Of a DNA stretch of 64,000 nucleotides, positions 31,517-42,418 are shown piece by piece. Origin of the DNA: Polyangiales bacterium (GTDB lineage: Bacteria > Myxococcota_A > Polyangia > Polyangiales > Ga0077539); NCBI GenBank assembly GCA_044229975.1, contig JBGARZ010000011.1:64001-128000 (forward strand). The letters are read 5' to 3'. The translations under genes and the position numbers were made by a program. Numbering within the stretch: the stretch's first letter is position 1; each line of letters begins with the position of its first letter. Under the pieces are notes generated by a model, which saw only the letters and a program-made list of their open reading frames with translations, did not search any database and was not told where the DNA came from.

Positions 31517-32608
31517 ATGTTCCCCCCGACCCGACCCCTTCCCCCGGACGATGCCCCGCTCACGGTGCTCGGCATCGAGAGTTCGTGCGACGAGACCGCC
31601 GCCGCCGTCGTGCGCCTCGACCACGACGGCGCGTGGGTGCTCTCCGACGTCATCGCCAGCCAGATCGCCGAGCACGCTCCCTTCGGCGGCGTCGTGCCCG
31701 AGATCGCCGCCCGCGCGCACCTCCGCGTCGTCGACCCCGTCGTGCGCGATGCCGTCACCACCGCAGGCGGTTGGAGCGCCATCGACGCCGTCGCCGTCAC
31801 CTCCGGCCCCGGGCTCATCGGCGCGCTCCTCGTCGGGATGCAGGCCGGCAAGGCCCTCGCCCTCGCCCGCGGTCTCCCGCTCGTCGGCGTCAACCACCTC
31901 GTCGCCCACCTGCTCGCGCCCTTCACCCGCGTCGCGGGCGAAGCGCACGCGCCGCCGACCTTTCCCTTCGTCGCGCTGCTCGCCTCCGGGGGGCACACCG
32001 CCCTGTACCGCTGCGACGACGCGTCCTCCATGCGCGAGCTCGGCGCCACCCGCGACGACGCCGCGGGCGAAGCCTTCGACAAAGTCGCCAAGATGCTCGG
32101 CCTCGGATACCCCGGCGGCCCCGTCATCGATCGCCTCGCCGCGAAGGGCGATCCCGCGGCCATCGACTTCCCGCAGGCGCTGCGCGGGCGATCGTTGGAG
32201 TTCAGCTTCAGCGGGCTCAAGACCGCCGTCTCGGTGCACCTCGCGAAGCACGGCCAGCCCGCGGACGACAAGGCCCTGTGCGACCTCGCGGCGGGCGTGC
32301 AGCGCGCCATCGTCGATACACTGGTTCGTAAACTGGTGCTCGCGGCGCAACAGCAGGGCGTGAAGTGTGTGGTGCTGGGTGGAGGGGTTGCCGCCAACCG
32401 GGGGTTGCGCGCCCGCGCGGCCGAGGCATGTGCGAAGGCGGGACTGTCGCTGGTGGTTCCGCCGATGCGCGCATGCACCGACAACGCGGCGATGATCGCG
32501 TACGCCGGGGCGGTGGCACTGCGTAGCGGACGTAGCGATGGTGCGTCGCTCGATGCACACGCCTCGTGGCCGGTGGAGGTCGCGCTCGCGCGGGTTGCCA
32601 ACCCTTGA
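31517..32608 (+). CDS. tsaD: tRNA threonylcarbamoyladenosine transferase subunit
   Basis: LGIESSCDET, GGVVPEIAARAH, GPGL, HLVAH, SGGHT, DDAAGEAFDK, CTDNAAMIA. Confidence 0.96.
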   Translation: MFPPTRPLPPDDAPLTVLGIESSCDETAAAVVRLDHDGAWVLSDVIASQIAEHAPFGGVVPEIAARAHLRVVDPVVRDAVTTAGGWSAIDAVAVTSGPGLIGALLVGMQAGKALALARGLPLVGVNHLVAHLLAPFTRVAGEAHAPPTFPFVALLASGGHTALYRCDDASSMRELGATRDDAAGEAFDKVAKMLGLGYPGGPVIDRLAAKGDPAAIDFPQALRGRSLEFSFSGLKTAVSVHLAKHGQPADDKALCDLAAGVQRAIVDTLVRKLVLAAQQQGVKCVVLGGGVAANRGLRARAAEACAKAGLSLVVPPMRACTDNAAMIAYAGAVALRSGRSDGASLDAHASWPVEVALARVANP

Positions 32609-32664
32609 CGACCGCCCGACGGTGGACGAAACCACGGCCGTCCACACCGCACACCAGGGAACGC

Positions 32665-33681
32665 ATGGACCTCGCGATCAACCCCGACCCTGACCCGACG
32701 CCCGACCGCGTCGTGCGCCCGCGACACCGCGGCGCCTTCGGCCTCCCGGCCCTGCTCCGCTACCGCGCCGACCGGCGCATGGTGGTGATGGTGCTCGCGT
32801 ACTTCGCCCTGCTCGCGTGGCAGTGGAACGTCCCGTCGCCGTCGCTCCTCCTCGCGATCCCGCTGTGGATGGCGACCTGCGTGCTGGCGTTCATGGGCGC
32901 CGTGGCGACGCACAACACCCTGCACTGCCCGGTCTTCCACAGCCGCGCGCTCAACTCGCTGTGGCAGGTGGCGCTCACGCTCACGTACGGGCACCCGGTG
33001 TGCTCGTACGTCCCGGGGCACAACCTCAGCCACCACCGCCACACCGAGACCCGCCGCGACATCATGCGCACCTCCAAGGCGCGCTTCCGCTGGAACCTCC
33101 TCAACCTCCTCTTCTTCACCTCCAGCATCTCGACCACCATCCTCGGCGCGGAGTTCAAGTACCTCTTCGCGACGTGGCGCCGCCGCCCGCGCTGGGGCCG
33201 TCAGCTCCTGCTGGAGAGCGCGGTGTTCATCTCGTGGATGGTCGCGGCCTTCGCCCTCGACTGGAAGAAGGCGCTGGTCTTCGTCTTCATCCCGCACATG
33301 TACGCGGCGTGGGGCATCGTCACGATGAACCTCCTCCAGCACGACGGCTGCGACCCCGACTCGAAGTACAACACCGCGCGCAACTTCGTCGGCGGTCCCC
33401 TCAACTGGTGGACCTACAACAACGGCTTCCACACGGTGCATCACATGCGCCCGGGCCTGCACTGGAGCCTCGCTCCCGCGGCCCACGCGAAGCTCGTCGC
33501 GCCGCACATCCACCCCAACCTCGATCAGCCCTCGATGATCGCGTACGTGCTGCGGGTGTTCGTGATGCCGGGCGGTCGCAAGCGCTACGACGGGACACCC
33601 CTCGTGCTCGACGAGGTCGGCGCCGACGAGCCGTGGTTCGACGTCCCCACCGCCGAAGTCCGACCAGCCTCCGCGGGCTGA
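32665..33681 (+). CDS. Fatty acid desaturase family protein
   Basis: His boxes HNTLH, HNLSHHRH, HTVHH; TM helices. Confidence 0.9.
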   Translation: MDLAINPDPDPTPDRVVRPRHRGAFGLPALLRYRADRRMVVMVLAYFALLAWQWNVPSPSLLLAIPLWMATCVLAFMGAVATHNTLHCPVFHSRALNSLWQVALTLTYGHPVCSYVPGHNLSHHRHTETRRDIMRTSKARFRWNLLNLLFFTSSISTTILGAEFKYLFATWRRRPRWGRQLLLESAVFISWMVAAFALDWKKALVFVFIPHMYAAWGIVTMNLLQHDGCDPDSKYNTARNFVGGPLNWWTYNNGFHTVHHMRPGLHWSLAPAAHAKLVAPHIHPNLDQPSMIAYVLRVFVMPGGRKRYDGTPLVLDEVGADEPWFDVPTAEVRPASAG

Positions 33682-33876
33682 GACACCCTTCGCCTCACAA
33701 CACAAGATCCGTGCGCTGTCGCGTCGAGATGACGTCGAAGGCATGCGGAGTGTTGACCCGAGGGGGCGGAGTTTGGTTCCATCGGGGGTCGAACGACGTG
33801 CAGATGGCGCTTTCCTCGCGGTGCTCGCGATGACGCGGTCGTCTGCCGACCACTCACCCGAGAAAGCACCCCTACG

Positions 33877-36800
33877 GTGAAATCAGAGAAATCATGGTTG
33901 TGGATCGCGCCAGCCCTGCTGGTCGCGGCCTGTAGCAGCACGCCCGGCGGCGGGGACATCCCCCTCGAAGACAGCGGGAAGACAGACCTCGGTACCGATC
34001 CCACGGACAGCGGGACCAACCCCACCGACACCGGGACCAACCCCACCGACCGGGGCTTCCCGACGAAGGACACGGGCTCTCCCACGGACGACACCGGCTC
34101 CCCCACGGACGACACCGGCTCCCCCACGGACGACACCGGCTCCCCCACGGACGACACCGGCTCCCCCACGGACGACACCGGCTCTCCGGTCGGCGACACG
34201 GGCTCTCCCACGGACGACACGGGCTCTCCGACGACGGACGGTTCGGTCTGCGCGGGCGGCCAGACCTTCTGCGGCACGAGCTGTGTCGACACCAACGTCG
34301 ACAACACCAACTGCGGCACCTGCGGCACCTCCTGCCCGACGGGCCAGAGCTGTCAGGTCGGCGTCTGCCGCGCGAGCTGCGCGGCCGGCCAGACCCTCTG
34401 CGGCACCACCTGCGTGACGCTCGACAGTGACCCCGCCAACTGCGGCACCTGCGGCACCGCGTGCCCGTCGGGCCAGATGTGCTCGGCCGGCCGCTGCGCG
34501 CTCACCTGCGCGTCGCCCCGCGTGGTCTGCACCGACTCGGCCGGCGCCATGGGCTGCGTCGATACGCTCACCGACGCCTCGAACTGCGGCGTGTGCGGGA
34601 GCGCGTGCACCGCGGGCCAGAGCTGCGTCGCCGGCACCTGCCGGCTCGTGTGCCCGTCGGGTCAGACCGCCTGCGGCGGCGCCTGCGTCGACACCAACAC
34701 CAGCAACGCCAACTGCGGCGGCTGCGGCACCGCGTGCCCGACGGGCCAGTCGTGCGCCGTCGGCATGTGCCGCCGTGACTGCGCGGCGGGCGAGACCCGC
34801 TGCGGCGACGCCTGCGTCAACACGCAGACCAGCAGCGCCAACTGCGGCGCCTGCGGCACCGCCTGCACCAGCGGGCGCACCTGCGTCGCCGGCGCCTGCG
34901 CGTGCCCGACGGGCCAGACCCTCTGCGGCACCGCGTGCCTCGACCTCCAGACGGACGTCGCCAACTGCGGCTCCTGCGCCAACGCCTGCCCCACCGGGCA
35001 GGTCTGCACCGCCGGCACCTGCCGCACCGGCGCGACGGCCAACGACCTGCCCGCGGGCGCGACGGTCATCAACATGACCTCGCCTGCGCAGACCCTGACG
35101 GGCACCACCGTCGGCGCGACCAACCAGTCGGGCTGCGGCACCGCGGGTGACGTGTACTACCGCTTCACGCTCACCGCGCGCGAGCTCGTGTACGTCGACA
35201 CCTTCGGGACGAGCTACGACACGCGCCTCGCGTTCGCTCCCTCGACCGGCACGGGCTTCATCGCCGACACCTGCATCGACGACGTGCTCGACTGCACCGC
35301 CGAGCGGATCCTCCAGACGCGGCTCGCCCGCGTGCTCACCCCGGGCACCTACTACGTGGTCGTGGGCGGCTTCGCCGACATCACCGGCCCCTTCACGCTG
35401 CACTTCCAGCACCTGCCCGTCGGCAACGGCCCCGTGGTCCAGATCACGTCGTTTGCCAACGGCACGCAGACCTTCCCGGGCACCACCAGTGGCACCGGGG
35501 TCATCACCCAGACCTGCCGCGCGGCCCCCGCGCCGGAGAACACCTACTGGTTCATGACCTGCCCGGCATTCCCGGCGACGCAGATCGGCGCCGCCACCTG
35601 CGGCGCGGCGACCTGGGACACCGTGGTCGAGCAGCGCAGCGCGGCCCGCACGGCCAACCTCTGCGACGACGACAGCTGCGGTGCGCAGTCGACGGTCACC
35701 GGCACCCTCAGCGCCGGCGCCGGTCTGCACACCATCTACGTCGACGGCTTCAGCACCACCTCGTCCGGGGCCTACACGCTGAGCGTCTCGTTCGCCAACT
35801 GCCCGGCGGGTCAGAACCTCTGCGGCTCCACCTGCGTCAACCTGCAGACCAGCGCCACCAACTGCGGCGCCTGCGGCACCGTGTGCACCGCCCCGACGGG
35901 CGGCTCCGTCGCCTGCACCGCGGGCGCCTGCGTGCGCTCGTGCCCGGCCGGCCAGAGCAACTGCTCCAACGTCTGCCGCGCCACCGCGACGGACGTGAAC
36001 AACTGCGGCGCCTGCGGCACCGTCTGCGCCCCGCAGACCGGCGGCACCGTCGCCTGCGCCGCGAGCACCTGCGTGCGCACCTGCCCGACGGGCCAGAACA
36101 ACTGCTCCAACACCTGCCGCAACTTCGCGACGGACAACAACAACTGCGGCGCCTGCGGCGTCGTCTGCGCGGCGGGCAACACCTGCCAGGCGAGCGTCTG
36201 CCGCCCGGCCAACAACGACCGCGCCAGCGCCACCGCCGTCACCCTGCTCGCGGGTGAGACCACGGTCACCGGCACCACGGCGGGCGCGACCTTCGACGGC
36301 CCGGCGGGCTGCGGCGACGGCGTGGCCAACGTCTGGTACCGCGTGACCCTCACCGGGTCCGAGGTGCTCTACGCCGACACCGCGGGCACCACCGCGTACG
36401 ACTCGCGGCTCTACCTGGTCAACAGCGCGGGCGCCCTCGTGGCCAACACCTGCAGCGACGACGCGGGCTGCACCACGGGCGGGTTCGCGTTCAACAACGC
36501 GCGCTTCGCCACGCTGCTCCCGGCGGGCACCTACTACATCGGCGTGTCGGGCTTCAACACCGGCACCGTGGGCGCCTTCACGCTGCACCTGCAGCACCTC
36601 CCGCGCACCATCGGGTCGTTCTTCTACGACACGGCCATCTCGGGCACCTCCACGGCCACCACCACGCTGGTGGGCACCAGCGCGCAGAGCAGCACCTGCG
36701 GCGGCACCGCCTCCGGCGAGGACGTCCGCTGGTTCATGACCTGCGGCGCCACGACGCAGTTCTTCAGCCTGTGCTCCAGCGACGGCGGCACCTTCTCGCG

Positions 36801-37056
36801 CCGCATCGGCACCACCAACTACGACCCGGCGCTGTACCTCCGCAGCGGCCAGAGCGGCGCGGAAGTGACCTGCAACGACGACGGCGGCACCATGGGCGGC
36901 ACCGCCTGCGCCGGCACCGGCACCGGCGCCGACACCAGCGCGTACGGCTCGCGGCTCAACAACGTCACCGTCCCGCGCGGCATCAACGCCGTGTTCGTCG
37001 ACGAGCGCGTCGGCGGCTCGGGCATGACGTACCGCCTCGCGTACACCGTCCGCTGA
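33877..37056 (+). CDS. Large Cys-rich repeat lipoprotein with PPC-like domains
   Basis: VAAC lipobox; many CVD...NCG-x-CG...C units in two blocks, each followed by DVYY...GTYYVVV-type domains. Confidence 0.88.
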   Translation: MKSEKSWLWIAPALLVAACSSTPGGGDIPLEDSGKTDLGTDPTDSGTNPTDTGTNPTDRGFPTKDTGSPTDDTGSPTDDTGSPTDDTGSPTDDTGSPTDDTGSPVGDTGSPTDDTGSPTTDGSVCAGGQTFCGTSCVDTNVDNTNCGTCGTSCPTGQSCQVGVCRASCAAGQTLCGTTCVTLDSDPANCGTCGTACPSGQMCSAGRCALTCASPRVVCTDSAGAMGCVDTLTDASNCGVCGSACTAGQSCVAGTCRLVCPSGQTACGGACVDTNTSNANCGGCGTACPTGQSCAVGMCRRDCAAGETRCGDACVNTQTSSANCGACGTACTSGRTCVAGACACPTGQTLCGTACLDLQTDVANCGSCANACPTGQVCTAGTCRTGATANDLPAGATVINMTSPAQTLTGTTVGATNQSGCGTAGDVYYRFTLTARELVYVDTFGTSYDTRLAFAPSTGTGFIADTCIDDVLDCTAERILQTRLARVLTPGTYYVVVGGFADITGPFTLHFQHLPVGNGPVVQITSFANGTQTFPGTTSGTGVITQTCRAAPAPENTYWFMTCPAFPATQIGAATCGAATWDTVVEQRSAARTANLCDDDSCGAQSTVTGTLSAGAGLHTIYVDGFSTTSSGAYTLSVSFANCPAGQNLCGSTCVNLQTSATNCGACGTVCTAPTGGSVACTAGACVRSCPAGQSNCSNVCRATATDVNNCGACGTVCAPQTGGTVACAASTCVRTCPTGQNNCSNTCRNFATDNNNCGACGVVCAAGNTCQASVCRPANNDRASATAVTLLAGETTVTGTTAGATFDGPAGCGDGVANVWYRVTLTGSEVLYADTAGTTAYDSRLYLVNSAGALVANTCSDDAGCTTGGFAFNNARFATLLPAGTYYIGVSGFNTGTVGAFTLHLQHLPRTIGSFFYDTAISGTSTATTTLVGTSAQSSTCGGTASGEDVRWFMTCGATTQFFSLCSSDGGTFSRRIGTTNYDPALYLRSGQSGAEVTCNDDGGTMGGTACAGTGTGADTSAYGSRLNNVTVPRGINAVFVDERVGGSGMTYRLAYTVR
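34060..34227 (+). repeat. 21-bp coding tandem repeat (PTDDTGS, about 8 units)
   Basis: CCCACGGACGACACCGGCTCC units, four perfect, flanked by variants. Confidence 0.95.
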
Positions 37057-37201
37057 GCGGATCCGCCTCCTGACGGCGCGGGGTCCCTCGCGCCGCTCCC
37101 TTCCTCTCCGCTCCCTTCAGCCCACGCCCTCTCCCCTCGTTGGGCGAAGGGCAACGCTTGTTCGCCATCGCGGGCGGAGTTGCGGATAGACTCCGCGCCC
37201 G

Positions 37202-38593
37202 ATGAACAGCGCTAGTACGACGGAGCCCACCGACACCGCGGTCGCGCCGAAGCAGGGGCACCCGAAGGGGCTGTACCTGCTCTTCACCACGGAGATGTGG
37301 GAGCGCATGTCGTACTACGGCATGCGGGCGCTGCTGGTGCTGTACATGACCGGCGCCGCCAACCACGGTGGCTTCGGATGGAGCCGCTCCGACGCCCTGC
37401 GCATCTACGGGACGTACACCGCGCTCGTGTACCTGACGCCGCTCGCGGGCGGTTACATCGCCGACCGCTACCTCGGGCAGCGGCGCGCCGTGGTGCTCGG
37501 CGGCTTCCTGATGATGATCGGGCACTTCCTGATGGCGGTGCCGGGCGTCGTGGCGTTCTTCGCGGCGCTCGCCTTCCTCATCGTGGGCAACGGCTTCTTC
37601 AAGCCCAACATCAGCACCATGGTGGGCGGCCTCTATCCGCCCGGCGACGCGCGACGTGACGGAGCGTTCACCATCTTCTACATGGGCATCAACCTCGGGG
37701 CGTTTCTGTCGCCGCTCGTGTGCGGCACGCTCGGAGAGAAGCTCGGCTGGCACTGGGGTTTTGGCTCGGCGGGCGTGGGCATGGGCCTCGGGCTCGCGAC
37801 CTTCCTCGCGCTCTCCAAGCGCCTGCTCGGCGACGTGGGTCTGGCGCCGGCGACGCGCGCGCCCACCCTCGGGCGCCCCGGCGAGTCCGACGACTACCGC
37901 GCGGCAGGGGGCGTCGAGACAGAGAAGCCAAAGCTCACCGCCGTGGAAAAAGACCGCCTCGGGGTCATCTTCACGCTCACCTTCTTCAACATCTTCTTCT
38001 GGGCGGCGTTCGAGCAGGCGGGCGGCCTGATGACGCTCTACACCGACACCAAGGTCGACCGAAACCTCTTCGGGCTCATGGTCCCGACGACGTGGTTCCA
38101 GTCCATCAACCCGCTCTTCATCGTGCTGTTCGGGCCGGTGTTCTCGGTGCTCTGGGTGAAGCTCGCCAAGGCCCGCAAGGAGCCCACGACCCCGGCCAAG
38201 CTGGGCATCGGGCTGCTGCTGCTCTCCCTCGGGTTTGTGCTGATGCTCGGCGCCTCCAAGCAGTCCGAGCACTCGGGCAAGGCCGCGATGTTCTGGGTCG
38301 TCGGCGCGTACTTCCTCCACACCATGGGCGAGCTGTGCCTCTCCCCGGTGGGCCTCTCCGCCGTCAACAAGCTCGCGCCCGCCCGCTTCGCCTCGCTGAT
38401 GATGGGCGTGTGGCTCCTGTCGAGCTTCGTCGCCAACTACCTTGCCGGGCTCATCGGGAGCTACTCCGAGCGCCTCGGCGAGTTCGCGCTGTTCTCGACC
38501 ATCGTCGGGTTCACCGCGGCGGCGGGCGCCACCCTCGTAGCCATCAGCCCCGTCGTCGCGAAGCGCATGCACCCGCCCCCCACTGTGGGGTGA
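37202..38593 (+). CDS. POT/PTR family peptide transporter
   Basis: GHPKGL...EMWERMSYYGM, GNGFFKPN, FYMGINLG, GELCLSPVG. Confidence 0.95.
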   Translation: MNSASTTEPTDTAVAPKQGHPKGLYLLFTTEMWERMSYYGMRALLVLYMTGAANHGGFGWSRSDALRIYGTYTALVYLTPLAGGYIADRYLGQRRAVVLGGFLMMIGHFLMAVPGVVAFFAALAFLIVGNGFFKPNISTMVGGLYPPGDARRDGAFTIFYMGINLGAFLSPLVCGTLGEKLGWHWGFGSAGVGMGLGLATFLALSKRLLGDVGLAPATRAPTLGRPGESDDYRAAGGVETEKPKLTAVEKDRLGVIFTLTFFNIFFWAAFEQAGGLMTLYTDTKVDRNLFGLMVPTTWFQSINPLFIVLFGPVFSVLWVKLAKARKEPTTPAKLGIGLLLLSLGFVLMLGASKQSEHSGKAAMFWVVGAYFLHTMGELCLSPVGLSAVNKLAPARFASLMMGVWLLSSFVANYLAGLIGSYSERLGEFALFSTIVGFTAAAGATLVAISPVVAKRMHPPPTVG

Positions 38594-38627
38594 CGGCGCC
38601 CAGCGCGGTCGTGCGATCATCGCGTCC

Positions 38628-41183
38628 ATGAACCGTCACATCCAGGGGTGTCTGGTGGGTCTCGTGGCTGCGCTCGCGGCGTGCTCCGACGGCCGCTCGG
38701 TGGTGGGAGGTCCGGCCGACTCCGGCTCCTCCACCGACCTCGGCGCGCTCGACGTGGGCTTCACCGTCGACGTGCCCGACGTGCCGGTCGCCGTCGACGC
38801 GAGCTTCGATGTGCCCGTCGACGTGGGCGTCGATGTGCCGGTGGATGTCCCGTTTCGCTGCGCCGACAACGCCGCGTGCATGGGCAACGCGGGCGGCGCC
38901 GTCTGCGACACCACCTCGGGCCGTTGTGTGCAGTGCGTCGCGACCGCCGACACCTGCCCGACGGGTCAGTACTGCGTCGGCTCCACCAACACCTGCGCCA
39001 CCGGGTGCCGCGACGACGCGGCCTGCCGCGTGGCCACCGACGGCGGCGTCGCCTCGCCCACCGCGCGCTGCGACACTTCGACCCACGCCTGCGTGGCGTG
39101 CCTCGCCAGCGACGACTGCCCCCTCGGCAACCTCTGCGTGGGCAGCGTCTGCGTGATGGGCTGCGACGCTACGCGCGCCTGCCCGTCGGGCCAGTCGTGC
39201 TGCTCGGGCGCCTGCATCGACCCGCAGTCCAACGTGGCCAACTGCGGCGCGTGCGACCGCCCGTGCTCGGTCACCAACGGGGCGCCCGCGTGCCGCAACG
39301 CCCTCTGCGCTGTCGGCTCGTGCGCCGCGCCCTTCGCCGACTGCGACACGCTGGCCAGCACCGGCTGCGAGGCCAACACGCAGACCGACGTGGCCCACTG
39401 CGGCGGCTGCAACATGGCCTGCGCCGCGCGCGCCAACGCCACCGCGCGCTGCGCCGCGGGAGCGTGCGCCTACCAGTGCGCGACGGGCTTCGAGGACTGC
39501 AACGGCGACCCGAGCGACGGCTGCGAGGTCGACACCCGCAGCTCGCTCTCCCACTGCGGGCGCTGCGGCGGCGCGTGCTCCCTCGCCAACGCCACGGCGG
39601 CGTGCACGGCGGGCGCGTGCACCATCGCGAGCTGCAACACGGGCTTCGGCGACTGCGACGGCAACGCGCTCAACGGCTGCGAGTCCAACACCCAGAGCGA
39701 CGTCACCCACTGCGGAACCTGCACCACCGCCTGCGCCTCGCGGCCCAACGGCGCGCCGGTGTGCGTGGCCGGGGCGTGCGGCATCACCTGCCTCGCGAGC
39801 TTCGCCGACTGCGACGGCGACGCGAACAACGGGTGCGAGTCCAACACGCCGACGGACGTGCGCAACTGCGGCACCTGCGGGCGCGCGTGCAACGGCACCA
39901 ACGGGGTCGCGGCGTGCCGGGCGGGGACGTGCGCGCTCGACTCGTGCAACGCGGGCTTCGGCAACTGCGACGCGGACATCAGCAACGGCTGCGAGGTGAC
40001 GCACGCGACGAGCAACGCGCACTGCGGGGTCTGCGGTCGGGTGTGCCTCGCGGGCGCGCCGTGCACCGCGGGCGTGTGCGTGCTCGGGCCGTACGGGGCG
40101 GGGACCGATGGGGCGTTTGTTCCGCCGACGGGGACGGTGACGATCAACACGGTGCGCTCGCCGGCCGCGGGGATGACCGGGACGACCGCGGTGGATCTCT
40201 CCAACCCGACGGGCTTCGCCGCGGGTCAGATGGTGTTTCTCCACCAGACGCAGGGGGCGGGCGCAGGCACCTGGGAGGTGCGGCAGATCACCCTGATGAC
40301 GGGCTCGCGCGCCACCGTCGAGTCGCCGCTCGTGGGCACGTACAACAGCACGGGCACCAACCGCGCGCAGGCGGTGGTGATCCCGCAGTACACGACGGTG
40401 TCGCTGACGGGCGCGACGGTGGTCGCCCCGGCGTGGGACGGCAACACGGGCGGCATCCTGGCGCTGGTGGCGCGGGACAGCGTTCGCATCCAGGGCGGCG
40501 GGCTCGTGATGAGCGAGCGAGGCTTCCGCGGTCACCCGCGGGTGAGCTCGCACTACCGCGCCGGCGACCAGGGCGAAGGCACCCTCGGCTACGGCGTGCA
40601 GGACATCGCACCCAACGGCAACGGCGGCGGCGGCGGCGGTCGGCTCACCTGCGAGTGCTGCTGGGCGGGCGCGGGCGGCGGCGGCGGCCACGCGACGGGC
40701 GGCGCCAACGGGAGCGGCGGCGGCGCGGTGTGCCAGCCGGGCGGCAACGCGGGCCTGGCCGTGGGCAGCGGCGCGCAGACGACGATCTTCTTCGGCGGCG
40801 CGGGGGCCAACGGCGGCGCCGAGGAGGACGGCTACGGGTCAGCGGGCGCGCACGGCGGCGGGATCATCTACGTGGCCTCGGCCGCGATCTCGGTGGAGTC
40901 GCCGGGCTTCATCCGCAACAACGGCCAGGTCGGGCAGAACGAGTTCAACGTCTCGGGCTGCGGCTCCGGCGGCGGCGGCGGCGGCGCGGGCGGCGCGGTG
41001 TACCTCCGCGCGAGCGCAGCGGCCCTGGGCGCCGGGCTCATCACGGTGAGCGGCGGGTTGGGCGGCGACGACCCGGGCAACTGCGGCACGCCCGGCGGCA
41101 TCGGCAGCGTCGGGCGCATCACGCTGCGTGGCTCCTCCACGACGACGGGGAGCACGACGCCCGCGTTCGTCGCGGTGCCCTGA
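38628..41183 (+). CDS. Cys-rich repeat lipoprotein with C-terminal Gly-rich domain
   Basis: LAAC lipobox; stalk paralogous to 13712..16285; tip with GAGTDG, PAWDGNTGGIL, GGGAGGAVYL. Confidence 0.88.
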   Translation: MNRHIQGCLVGLVAALAACSDGRSVVGGPADSGSSTDLGALDVGFTVDVPDVPVAVDASFDVPVDVGVDVPVDVPFRCADNAACMGNAGGAVCDTTSGRCVQCVATADTCPTGQYCVGSTNTCATGCRDDAACRVATDGGVASPTARCDTSTHACVACLASDDCPLGNLCVGSVCVMGCDATRACPSGQSCCSGACIDPQSNVANCGACDRPCSVTNGAPACRNALCAVGSCAAPFADCDTLASTGCEANTQTDVAHCGGCNMACAARANATARCAAGACAYQCATGFEDCNGDPSDGCEVDTRSSLSHCGRCGGACSLANATAACTAGACTIASCNTGFGDCDGNALNGCESNTQSDVTHCGTCTTACASRPNGAPVCVAGACGITCLASFADCDGDANNGCESNTPTDVRNCGTCGRACNGTNGVAACRAGTCALDSCNAGFGNCDADISNGCEVTHATSNAHCGVCGRVCLAGAPCTAGVCVLGPYGAGTDGAFVPPTGTVTINTVRSPAAGMTGTTAVDLSNPTGFAAGQMVFLHQTQGAGAGTWEVRQITLMTGSRATVESPLVGTYNSTGTNRAQAVVIPQYTTVSLTGATVVAPAWDGNTGGILALVARDSVRIQGGGLVMSERGFRGHPRVSSHYRAGDQGEGTLGYGVQDIAPNGNGGGGGGRLTCECCWAGAGGGGGHATGGANGSGGGAVCQPGGNAGLAVGSGAQTTIFFGGAGANGGAEEDGYGSAGAHGGGIIYVASAAISVESPGFIRNNGQVGQNEFNVSGCGSGGGGGGAGGAVYLRASAAALGAGLITVSGGLGGDDPGNCGTPGGIGSVGRITLRGSSTTTGSTTPAFVAVP

Positions 41184-41190
41184 AGGGACG

Positions 41191-41817
41191 TCAGCGGGGG
41201 GCGCCCGCGTCGGCGCCCCGTTGCCCACCCGAGCGTTGGATCACATCGAGCGCGTCGAGGACCCGCAGGCGTTCGGCGTCGTCGACGGTGAAGACGCTCG
41301 CGCGGAGAGCGTCGGGGCGCCCGCCGTCCGCCACCGCGTCGCGGTACGTCGCGAGGCGGGTCGCGAAGGGCTCGTCGGAGGCTCCCATCTCTTCGAGGAT
41401 GTGTGGTGTCTCGATGATCCGCAGCGCCGCTGCTGCCACTCGCCCGGTCGCGCCGCCGTCGCCTTCGAGCGCGTCGAGCCGGGCGCGGAGCGACTCGACC
41501 CGCTGCCACACCAGCGCCATCCGACGTGGGTCGGGCGGCCCGCTCGCGGCGTCTGGAGAGGTGACCGGCGCGCTCGTCGGCGCGCGAGAGGGAGGGACCG
41601 GTAGCGCGGGGTTGGCGCGCGCGGATGCGTCGTCGACCAACAGCGGCGCGGAGCGGGACGAGACACCGGGCGTGTCGGGTGTATCTGGCGCGGTTTGATG
41701 CCGCGCGACGTCGATGGGAGGGGGCTTTGGCAGGACCCGGCGGGCGAGCGCCACCATGAAGGTCACCGTGAGCGTCACGGCGAGCGCCCACGGCAGCGCG
41801 GCACGCGCGAAGGACAA
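41191..41817 (-). CDS. Hypothetical membrane-anchored protein
   Basis: TTG immediately after the upstream stop; N-terminal hydrophobic helix, Pro-rich linker. Confidence 0.5.
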   Translation of the reverse strand: MSFARAALPWALAVTLTVTFMVALARRVLPKPPPIDVARHQTAPDTPDTPGVSSRSAPLLVDDASARANPALPVPPSRAPTSAPVTSPDAASGPPDPRRMALVWQRVESLRARLDALEGDGGATGRVAAAALRIIETPHILEEMGASDEPFATRLATYRDAVADGGRPDALRASVFTVDDAERLRVLDALDVIQRSGGQRGADAGAPR

Positions 41818-41818
41818 C

Positions 41819-42172
41819 TCAGCCCGCGGTGTACGTGCCGCCGAGGGCGGTGCACACCTGACGAGCGTCCGCGTCAGTAGCCGGGGTGTAGAAGTTGAGG
41901 GTCGAGGTGGTCTGCACGCCGCCGACGACGCCCGGCGCCACGCAGCGACCCACGCGGTTGGTCGACGTGCAGGCGCTCGTCGAGTACGAGCCACTCGCTG
42001 ACGTGCAGGTCGAACGCGCGTTGGTGGCCGACACGTTGCTGTTGTAGTCGGCACAGAAGGTCGTCGAGCCCTGGGTCTGGGTGCAGCTTCCGACGCCGGC
42101 GGAGCTGGAAGAGTCAGAACAGGCGACGGCGGACCCGAGGAGCGCGACCAAGGCGAAGAAGCGGAGATTCAT
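41819..42172 (-). CDS. Small Cys/Thr-rich lipoprotein
   Basis: MNLRFFALVALLGSAVAC; six further Cys; ends CTALGGTY. Confidence 0.8.
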   Translation of the reverse strand: MNLRFFALVALLGSAVACSDSSSSAGVGSCTQTQGSTTFCADYNSNVSATNARSTCTSASGSYSTSACTSTNRVGRCVAPGVVGGVQTTSTLNFYTPATDADARQVCTALGGTYTAG

Positions 42173-42418
42173 GTTTCGGTGGTCCCAGTGGGTTGGAGAA
42201 GTCGCTGTGGCATTATTCCCGTAGTGCCAGCACCTTCTCGTTGAAACCGGATAAACACACACCACTTGCGCCGTGGTCAACAGACAAGAATGCCGCTCCC
42301 TCTTCGAGGCTCGCGGCTGCGATTGTGATGTCCTGATCCGAGACGGCACGGCGTGGGGTGCGGCTTGACGGCAGCACGCTATTCGTGCGAGCCGCAGCGC
42401 ACTTCATCGAGGTGAGAG

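Noticed and set aside
30568..33744. 1058-aa ORF as a giant RsfS fusion (also 30125..32647 and 11742..13730)
   Set aside because: Upstream parts overlap tsaD, the desaturase or the HAD gene; real starts are internal
34060..34227. Regular short repeats as a possible CRISPR array
   Set aside because: Head-to-tail 21-bp in-frame coding repeats with no spacers and no cas genes
37076..37152. Hairpins and pyrimidine-rich tract after the large lipoprotein gene
   Set aside because: Possibly a terminator or degenerate REP half-unit, but no U-tract or partner arm; too weak to call
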